Source of the DNA: Escherichia coli | GTDB lineage: Bacteria > Pseudomonadota > Gammaproteobacteria > Enterobacterales > Enterobacteriaceae | Assembly (NCBI RefSeq): GCF_050920415.1 | Contig: NZ_CP169309.1 | Length of the DNA stretch: 64,000 bases | Direction: 5' to 3' (one strand) | Part shown: piece after piece, positions 57,283 through 64,000 of the stretch | Position numbering within the stretch: the first letter of the stretch is position 1 | Layout of the letters: every line of letters starts with the position of its first letter | The notes under the pieces: model-generated | Told to the model about the DNA's origin: nothing | Seen by the model: the letters and a program-made list of their open reading frames with translations, nothing else | The model's database searches: none | Position numbers and translations under genes: made by a program

Positions 57283-58215
57283 TCAGCCCTTAAACACGTT
57301 ATAGCCGAGTTGCTTAGCGACCGATGCCACCATTTTTTGACCGCGAACACTATTGCCTTCTTCGTCCAGCGGTGGTGAGAACGCGGCAATTCCCATCACA
57401 CCAGGAACGACCGCCAGAATACCGCCACCTACACCGCTTTTGCCCGGTAAACCAACGCGATATGCCCAGTCACCGGAGCGACCATACAGCCCTTCCATCA
57501 TCATTTCGGCCAGAATGTACGGCACATTGTCGGCCTGAAGAACGCGTTTATGCGTCAGCGGATTCACTCCGCCCGCCGCCAGCGTCGCGCCAAGCGTTGC
57601 CAGTTCAATAGTATTGATGAGCGTGGAGCACTGACGGGTGTACACGTCACAGGCTTCCATTGCATCACAATAGAGATATCCGGCGGAGTACAGCAGCCAG
57701 GCAATGGCCCGGTTATGGAAGTTGGTTGTTTGTTCCGACTGGTTGACTTCATCAGAGAGCGCTACCTGCTCACCAGCCAGTTGTTGTTGGATATGTAAAA
57801 TTCGCTGCCAGCGTTGTTCGGCATTTTCAGCGTTAATCAGGCTGGTGGTGGCAATAGCGCCAGCATTTACCAGTGGCGAAAGCGGTTTGCCGCCATGCAA
57901 CTCTAAGGCGATAACCGAGTTAAAGGGCAATCCGGTCGGGTCAGCGCCAATTTTGTCCTGTACCGCCTGCGGGCCGACATCTTCTAACGCGAGGGCTAAC
58001 GTACAGACTTTTGAGATGGATTCCAGCGCAAAGCGGTAATCACTGTCACCCGCGCTAAAGACTTTACCATCGCAGGTCACGATAGCCACTGCCGCCAGTT
58101 GACTGGGCACATTCGCCAGAAAGGGAATGTAATCGGCATTTTGTCCGCCGTTAAGTGAGTGAAATTGGGTGTAAGCCTGATCCACTGCCTGCTGTAATGT
58201 GTTTGCATCTAACAT
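57283..58215 (-). CDS. glsA: glutaminase 1
   Basis: 310-aa ORF with serine-dependent glutaminase fold; adjacent to ybaT and copA. Confidence 0.88.
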   Translation of the reverse strand: MLDANTLQQAVDQAYTQFHSLNGGQNADYIPFLANVPSQLAAVAIVTCDGKVFSAGDSDYRFALESISKVCTLALALEDVGPQAVQDKIGADPTGLPFNSVIALELHGGKPLSPLVNAGAIATTSLINAENAEQRWQRILHIQQQLAGEQVALSDEVNQSEQTTNFHNRAIAWLLYSAGYLYCDAMEACDVYTRQCSTLINTIELATLGATLAAGGVNPLTHKRVLQADNVPYILAEMMMEGLYGRSGDWAYRVGLPGKSGVGGGILAVVPGVMGIAAFSPPLDEEGNSVRGQKMVASVAKQLGYNVFKG

Positions 58216-58406
58216 CTTTTGTTAACTCCTTTTTATAGATGCGGGAGGGGATTCCTCACCCTGGTGCCGATTTTCAGGCATCCTGATTTAACTTAGCACC
58301 CGCGACTTAACTACAGGAAAACAAAGAGATAAATGTCTAATCCTGATGCAAATTGAGCCGATTTTTTAATCTTTACGGACTTTTACCCGCCTGGTTTATT
58401 AATTTC

Positions 58407-58437
58407 TTGACCTTCCCCTTGCTGGAAGGTTTAACCT
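58407..58437 (+). promoter_or_regulatory. copA promoter with CueR (MerR-type) operator: -35 TTGACC, 19-bp spacer containing dyad CCTTCC-N7-GGAAGG, -10 TAACCT
   Basis: TTGACCTTCCCCTTGCTGGAAGGTTTAACCT seen about 40 bp upstream of the copA start; the 19-bp spacer is diagnostic of MerR-family promoters. Confidence 0.75.
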
Positions 58438-58476
58438 TTAACACAGTCAGTCAACACTGTCTTAAAGGAGTACGTT

Positions 58477-60981
58477 ATGTCACAAACTATCGACCTGACC
58501 CTGGACGGCCTGTCCTGCGGTCACTGCGTTAAACGCGTGAAAGAAAGTCTCGAACAGCGCCCGGACGTTGAGCAGGCGGATGTGTCTATCACTGAAGCAC
58601 ACGTTACGGGTACTGCCAGTGCAGAACAGCTGATCGAAACCATCAAACAAGCGGGTTATGACGCATCTGTAAGCCACCCAAAGGCTAAACCGCTGGCGGA
58701 GTCATCAATCCCGTCGGAAGCACTGACAGCGGTTTCTGAGGCGCTTCCGGCAGCAAACGCCGATGACGATGACAGCCAGCAGTTGCTGCTGAGCGGCATG
58801 AGCTGCGCCAGCTGTGTCACCCGCGTACAAAATGCGCTGCAAAGCGTACCGGGCGTCACTCAGGCACGGGTAAACCTGGCGGAGCGTACTGCGCTGGTGA
58901 TGGGCAGTGCCTCTCCACAAGATTTAGTGCAGGCGGTGGAAAAAGCGGGCTACGGCGCGGAAGCGATTGAAGATGACGCTAAACGCCGCGAGCGCCAGCA
59001 GGAAACCGCCGTCGCTACCATGAAGCGCTTCCGCTGGCAGGCAATTGTCGCTCTGGCGCTAGGTATCCCGGTGATGGTCTGGGGGATGATCGGCGATAAC
59101 ATGATGGTCACCGCCGACAACCGCAGTCTGTGGTTAGTTATCGGCCTGATAACGCTGGCGGTAATGGTTTTCGCCGGCGGGCATTTTTACCGTAGCGCAT
59201 GGAAAAGCCTGCTGAACGGTGCGGCGACAATGGATACGCTGGTGGCGCTGGGTACTGGCGTGGCGTGGCTCTATTCAATGAGCGTCAACCTGTGGCCGCA
59301 GTGGTTCCCGATGGAAGCGCGACATCTTTATTACGAAGCCAGTGCGATGATTATCGGTCTGATTAATCTCGGTCATATGCTGGAAGCGCGCGCACGTCAG
59401 CGTTCTTCAAAGGCGCTGGAAAAGTTACTCGATTTAACCCCGCCGACGGCGCGCCTGGTCACTGACGAAGGTGAAAAAAGCGTGCCGCTGGCAGATGTTC
59501 AGCCTGGTATGTTACTGCGCCTGACGACCGGCGATCGCGTACCGGTAGATGGTGAAATTACCCAGGGCGAAGCGTGGCTGGATGAAGCAATGCTGACGGG
59601 CGAACCTATCCCACAGCAAAAAGGCGAAGGCGATAGCGTTCATGCAGGTACCGTGGTGCAGGACGGTAGCGTGCTGTTTCGTGCCAGTGCGGTTGGCAGC
59701 CATACTACGCTGTCACGGATCATTCGTATGGTGCGCCAGGCCCAGAGCAGTAAACCGGAAATCGGCCAGTTGGCGGATAAAATCTCTGCCGTATTTGTGC
59801 CGGTAGTGGTGGTGATTGCGCTAGTCAGTGCGGCCATCTGGTACTTCTTTGGTCCGGCACCGCAAATTGTTTATACCCTGGTGATTGCCACTACGGTACT
59901 GATTATCGCCTGCCCGTGTGCGCTGGGGCTGGCAACGCCAATGTCGATTATTTCCGGCGTCGGGCGTGCGGCTGAATTTGGCGTGCTGGTACGGGACGCC
60001 GACGCGCTGCAACGCGCCAGTACGCTCGACACCGTAGTGTTCGATAAAACCGGGACGCTGACCGAAGGGAAGCCGCAGGTTGTCGCAGTGAAAACATTTG
60101 CTGATGTTGACGAAGCGCAGGCGCTGCGTCTGGCGGCGGCACTGGAACAAGGTTCCAGCCATCCGCTGGCACGAGCGATCCTCGATAAAGCAGGCGATAT
60201 GCAACTGCCGCAGGTCAACAGCTTCCGTACATTGCGTGGGCTGGGCGTGAGCGGTGAAGCAGAAGGTCATGCGTTATTGCTGGGTAATCAGGCGTTGTTA
60301 AATGACCAGCAAGTCGATACTAAAGCGATTGAAGCAGATATTTCAGCTCAGGCATCGCAAGGGGCAACGCCTGTGCTGCTGGCGATTGACGGGAAAGCGG
60401 TGGCCCTGCTGGCGGTGCGCGATCCGTTGCGTAACGATAGCGTGGCGGCACTGCAACGTCTGCATAAAGCGGGATATCGTCTGGTGATGCTAACCGGGGA
60501 TAACCCGACCACCGCCAATGCGATCGCCAAAGAAGCAGGGATTGATGAGGTGATAGCCGGGGTGCTGCCAGACGGTAAAGCCGAAGCGATCAAACGTCTG
60601 CAAAGTGAAGGACGTCAGGTGGCAATGGTGGGTGACGGCATTAACGACGCGCCAGCACTGGCCCAGGCGGATGTCGGTATTGCGATGGGGGGCGGCAGCG
60701 ATGTTGCCATTGAAACCGCGGCGATTACCCTGATGCGCCATAGCCTGATGGGTGTTGCGGATGCGCTCGCAATTTCCCGCGCAACGCTGCGCAACATGAA
60801 GCAGAACCTGCTCGGTGCGTTTATCTACAACAGCATTGGTATTCCGGTCGCCGCCGGTATTTTGTGGCCGTTCACTGGAACCCTGCTTAACCCGGTGGTT
60901 GCCGGAGCGGCAATGGCGCTCTCGTCGATCACCGTAGTGAGTAACGCCAACCGGTTGCTGCGGTTTAAACCGAAAGAGTGA
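58477..60981 (+). CDS. copA: Cu(I)-translocating P1B-type ATPase
   Basis: 834-aa ORF with two N-terminal metal-binding domains ([16 protein letters not shown]), CPC motif, phosphorylation motif DKTGTLT and [10 protein letters not shown]. Confidence 0.93.
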   Translation: MSQTIDLTLDGLSCGHCVKRVKESLEQRPDVEQADVSITEAHVTGTASAEQLIETIKQAGYDASVSHPKAKPLAESSIPSEALTAVSEALPAANADDDDSQQLLLSGMSCASCVTRVQNALQSVPGVTQARVNLAERTALVMGSASPQDLVQAVEKAGYGAEAIEDDAKRRERQQETAVATMKRFRWQAIVALALGIPVMVWGMIGDNMMVTADNRSLWLVIGLITLAVMVFAGGHFYRSAWKSLLNGAATMDTLVALGTGVAWLYSMSVNLWPQWFPMEARHLYYEASAMIIGLINLGHMLEARARQRSSKALEKLLDLTPPTARLVTDEGEKSVPLADVQPGMLLRLTTGDRVPVDGEITQGEAWLDEAMLTGEPIPQQKGEGDSVHAGTVVQDGSVLFRASAVGSHTTLSRIIRMVRQAQSSKPEIGQLADKISAVFVPVVVVIALVSAAIWYFFGPAPQIVYTLVIATTVLIIACPCALGLATPMSIISGVGRAAEFGVLVRDADALQRASTLDTVVFDKTGTLTEGKPQVVAVKTFADVDEAQALRLAAALEQGSSHPLARAILDKAGDMQLPQVNSFRTLRGLGVSGEAEGHALLLGNQALLNDQQVDTKAIEADISAQASQGATPVLLAIDGKAVALLAVRDPLRNDSVAALQRLHKAGYRLVMLTGDNPTTANAIAKEAGIDEVIAGVLPDGKAEAIKRLQSEGRQVAMVGDGINDAPALAQADVGIAMGGGSDVAIETAAITLMRHSLMGVADALAISRATLRNMKQNLLGAFIYNSIGIPVAAGILWPFTGTLLNPVVAGAAMALSSITVVSNANRLLRFKPKE
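58677..58683 (+). other. slippery heptamer CCCAAAG in copA at codon about 69 (candidate -1 programmed frameshift site giving the short CopA(Z) product)
   Basis: Heptamer seen in sequence at the end of the first metal-binding domain (…SHPKAKP…); recalled from published E. coli copA work. Confidence 0.5.
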
Positions 60982-61021
60982 TTGGTATTTACTTAATGCG
61001 TTTGTGAGATCCAGTTCTTGT

Positions 61022-61265
61022 TGCGCTCCTTTTATGAGTCATGCCATATAAAGTGACTGGCGCAAGGAGCGCGCAGGGGGCGGCCAATCGCCGCCGCCCC
61101 CTGCACCCCCGGGCTCTGGCGAACAAAATCGCCGCTGCGCGGTACCCTCGGCTTATCCCTTGCGGCTACCGGGTCGGGCGCGAGGTAACATCCCTGTAAA
61201 ACGCGCCCTCAGCCCACATCCATGTGGGCTGCCCCGGCCTTCAGGGAACGCCTCGGCGATTTTGA
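61022..61265. repeat. GC-rich palindromic intergenic element (multiple perfect hairpins) between copA and ybaP
   Basis: Hairpins GCAGGGGGCGGC/GCCGCCCCCTGC (61073-61104), AGCCCACAT/ATGTGGGCT (61211-61230), TGCGCTCCTT/AAGGAGCGCG (61022-61073) and long-range CAAAATCGCCG/CGGCGATTTTG; no ORF. Confidence 0.4.
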
Positions 61266-61409
61266 CGCCACCAACACCCGTGCAGTCTTTCGTTTCAAAG
61301 CAAAAACAATTTTTCGATCATATTTAAGCTACCACTGAACAAGCCTCATAACTCCATTTGCGCCATCCCTCACCGCGCGCTAGCATGATATTTCACAAAG
61401 GGAGGTCGT

Positions 61410-62204
61410 ATGGATCTGTTGTACCGGGTAAAAACGCTTTGGGCCGCGCTGCGCGGTAATCATTACACCTGGCCTGCTATCGATATCTCTCTTCCCGACC
61501 ATCGCCATTTTCATCTGATCGGCAGTATTCATATGGGTAGCCACGATATGGCTCCCCTGCCCACCCGTTTGCTCAAAAAGCTCAAAAACGCCGATGCGCT
61601 GATCGTCGAGGCGGATGTTTCCACCAGCGATACGCCTTTTGCCAATTTGCCTGCCTGCGAGGCGCTGGAAGAGCGCATTAGCGAGGAGCAACTCCAAAAC
61701 CTGCAGCACATTAGCCAGGAGATGGGCATTTCTCCGTCGCTCTTTTCTACCCAACCGCTGTGGCAAATCGCGATGGTTCTTCAGGCGACGCAGGCACAAA
61801 AACTGGGGCTGCGGGCAGAATATGGTATCGATTACCAGCTATTGCAGGTGGCGAAGCAACAACATAAACCCGTGATTGAACTGGAAGGGGCAGAAAACCA
61901 GATTGCCATGTTGCTCCAGCTCCCTGACAAAGGACTGGCGCTGCTGGACGATACGCTGACCCACTGGCACACCAACGCTCGTTTGCTGCAACAAATGATG
62001 AGCTGGTGGCTGAATGCACCACCGCAAAATAATGAAATAACGCTGCCTAATACGTTCAGTCAGTCGCTGTACGATGTGCTGATGCATCAGCGAAATCTCG
62101 CCTGGCGGGACAAATTACGCGCTATGCCGCCGGGGCGCTATGTGGTCGCGGTCGGTGCACTACACCTGTATGGAGAAGGGAATTTGCCACAAATGTTGCG
62201 CTAA
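61410..62204 (+). CDS. ybaP: TraB/GumN-family protein
   Basis: 264-aa ORF MDLLYRVKTLWAALRGNHYTWPAIDISLPDHRHFHLIGSIHMG...; followed by hairpin GGCCAATATCGCTATTGGCC. Confidence 0.85.
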   Translation: MDLLYRVKTLWAALRGNHYTWPAIDISLPDHRHFHLIGSIHMGSHDMAPLPTRLLKKLKNADALIVEADVSTSDTPFANLPACEALEERISEEQLQNLQHISQEMGISPSLFSTQPLWQIAMVLQATQAQKLGLRAEYGIDYQLLQVAKQQHKPVIELEGAENQIAMLLQLPDKGLALLDDTLTHWHTNARLLQQMMSWWLNAPPQNNEITLPNTFSQSLYDVLMHQRNLAWRDKLRAMPPGRYVVAVGALHLYGEGNLPQMLR

Positions 62205-62407
62205 AAAAATGGCCAATATCGCTATTGGCCCGTCAAAGAGGAATTTCATTTTTTTATTATTATGCCGTCACTTTAAGCGACGGTGTAACTCGATTGTCGC
62301 TCAATCTCACCATCCTGCCAATACTCTTAGGCAAGATGACTCTTTTTTTTGGACCGCCATCAGGCGTATGCTTGCTTCGTTTTTTTGTTTAAGGCAGGAA
62401 AATTACC

Positions 62408-62887
62408 ATGACACCCGCAGTTAAATTACTCGAAAAAAACAAGATTTCGTTTCAAATCCACACCTACGAGCACGATCCGGCTGAAACCAATTTTGGCGAT
62501 GAAGTCGTCAAAAAATTAGGTTTGAATCCGGATCAGGTCTACAAAACGCTGCTGGTGGCAGTGAATGGTGATATGAAACACCTTGCCGTGGCCGTTACGC
62601 CGGTCGCAGGTCAACTGGATCTTAAAAAAGTAGCAAAAGCGCTGGGTGCCAAGAAAGTTGAGATGGCCGATCCGATGGTCGCGCAGCGTTCGACGGGGTA
62701 TCTGGTTGGGGGGATTAGCCCACTGGGGCAGAAAAAGCGTCTGCCAACGATTATCGACGCCCCCGCGCAAGAATTTGCCACTATTTTTGTTTCTGGCGGC
62801 AAGCGCGGGCTGGACATCGAACTGGCGGCAAGCGACCTGGCGAAGATCCTTGATGCCACATTTGCTGATATCGCTCGTCGCGATTAA
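62408..62887 (+). CDS. ybaK: Cys-tRNA(Pro)/Cys-tRNA(Cys) deacylase
   Basis: 159-aa [27 protein letters not shown]... with YbaK/ProX fold hallmarks. Confidence 0.88.
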   Translation: MTPAVKLLEKNKISFQIHTYEHDPAETNFGDEVVKKLGLNPDQVYKTLLVAVNGDMKHLAVAVTPVAGQLDLKKVAKALGAKKVEMADPMVAQRSTGYLVGGISPLGQKKRLPTIIDAPAQEFATIFVSGGKRGLDIELAASDLAKILDATFADIARRD

Positions 62888-62910
62888 GTGATGCACACGG
62901 AAGATGAGAT

Positions 62911-63710
62911 GTGGAAAGGATTACAGAGACATTAAGTATCGCTTGTGCAGATGAGATACCGGATATCGCCTTACTTCGGCAAACATCGAGAGAGAAGGTA
63001 TTACATCTGCATTTTGCCAGCGAAGCAGAGAGGTATCGTGAGGAATTCGGGCTGGTGCTGAAAGCACAGCTCGATGAATTTGTTGTTGGCATGCATTCTG
63101 CCGACCCGGTTATCAGGATCGCCAGATTAATATCGCTTGAAGAGATTAACCGCCATCAGGATTTTTTCGAACACTGCGCGAAAGAATATCGTAAGCTGGC
63201 GACAGAGCTTATATTTGCATTGGCTGAACAACTGAATGTTGAGATGGCGGAAAATAACCCGCTAGTTACCTTTGCCCCCTTCAAATGCAACCGTAAGCGA
63301 AAAGGCAAAATGGGAAAGTGGCAGTATTGTTTTCACGGTTTTCATTGTGCATTTGAGAATAAAAAAACAGAGCAAAATATTGAAGTTCCCCTCGCCTACG
63401 GCTTTGATTTCGGCGATCTGGACCCGTATTTTTTTCCGGATTTATCAAATCGACCCCCGACTGGCAGCCTCTGCCAGTGGCTATTTACGATGATTACCAC
63501 GACGGCAGCAGGATCATTCAACAACTGCTGGCGCTGGGAAAGTTAGAAAAAATCCCTTCACCGATCCCACAATACACGGGGGTTGCTGCGGTAGATCGGT
63601 CCAATGTCGACATCGCAAATTTTCGCTCAACACTGGAGAGTCGCCTGCACCGATGTAAATTACGCTGGCTTTTGAAGCGTGTAAAAAATTCACAAAGGAG
63701 CGAAAGATGA
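62911..63710 (+). pseudogene. hypothetical gene apparently split by a +/-1 frameshift (frames 62911..63546 and about 63406..63710)
   Basis: Two overlapping open frames; homopolymers T7 (about 63427-63433) and C5 (about 63455-63459) lie in the overlap; the downstream frame ends in ATGA overlap with the next gene. Confidence 0.4.
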
Positions 63711-64000
63711 AATTTGACCATCTTGTTGATGTTAGCTTCCACAATTTTGTCTTTAACGGAAAATTAGATTTTGTCGAACCGGGGCAAACAATGGCATGGC
63801 TGGAACAAAACTTTGTTGAGCCGGACTCTAAAAATGATATGGGAAATGGTTTTTATATCTGGCTATTTGGCAATGTTGAGTTTCATTTCGAAAGCAACAA
63901 GCTATATATGATTTGGTGCGATTATTTGAGCCAAATCCATTTGGGCAAAGCGATCCGATTTGATAAAGGAATATTGAATAACGTCGCTGAGTTGAACGTT
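63707..64000 (+). CDS. hypothetical protein, partial (runs off window end)
   Basis: Open frame from ATG 63707 with SD-like AAGGAGCG upstream (MKFDHLVDVSFHNFVFNGKLDFVEPGQTMAWLEQNF...); no stop before the window end. Confidence 0.4.
   Translation, partial: MKFDHLVDVSFHNFVFNGKLDFVEPGQTMAWLEQNFVEPDSKNDMGNGFYIWLFGNVEFHFESNKLYMIWCDYLSQIHLGKAIRFDKGILNNVAELNV

Noticed and set aside
61380-61799. Minus-strand ORF 61380..61799 (139 aa) as a candidate ybaQ
   Set aside because: Lies mostly antisense within ybaP and does not resemble an HTH regulator; I conclude ybaQ is absent or replaced rather than encoded here.

Overview
Enterobacterial (E. coli-like) chromosomal window. A conserved backbone that I recognise from E. 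coli K-12 gene order (read here in reverse orientation) runs hyi-gcl-allR-allA-allS-selU ... ybbP-ybbA-tesA-ybbO-cnoX-fetB-fetA-qmcA-ybbJ ... cueR ... ybaT-glsA-copA ... ybaP-ybaK. The backbone is interrupted by several accessory insertions. (1) Between selU and ybbP, where K-12 carries rhsD, there is a T6SS vgrG island: an intact vgrG followed by a putative HExxH metallopeptidase effector and a signal-peptide immunity protein, then an H-repeat (ISAs1-family) transposase fragment, then a displaced second cassette (vgrG 3' fragment, frameshifted paralogous effector, intact paralogous immunity gene) and AT-rich gene debris. (2) Between ybbJ and cueR there is a 3.8-kb insertion encoding a mini trimeric-autotransporter-like protein, a lipoprotein, a small membrane protein and two unknown proteins. 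(3) Between cueR and ybaT there is a ~25.6-kb type I secretion island (TolC-like OMP, a 6,924-aa repeat adhesin, ABC exporter, HlyD-like adaptor); the adhesin contains a ~1.8-kb tandem super-repeat array. (4) A GC-rich palindromic element sits where I expect ybaQ. (5) After ybaK, where I expect ushA, there is an apparently frameshifted unknown gene translationally coupled to a second unknown gene. Recognisable regulatory sites include AllR operators, the CueR-type copA promoter and the copA slippery heptamer. I found no rRNA, tRNA or CRISPR array. All identifications rest on reading the translations and on recalled family knowledge; no database search was run.
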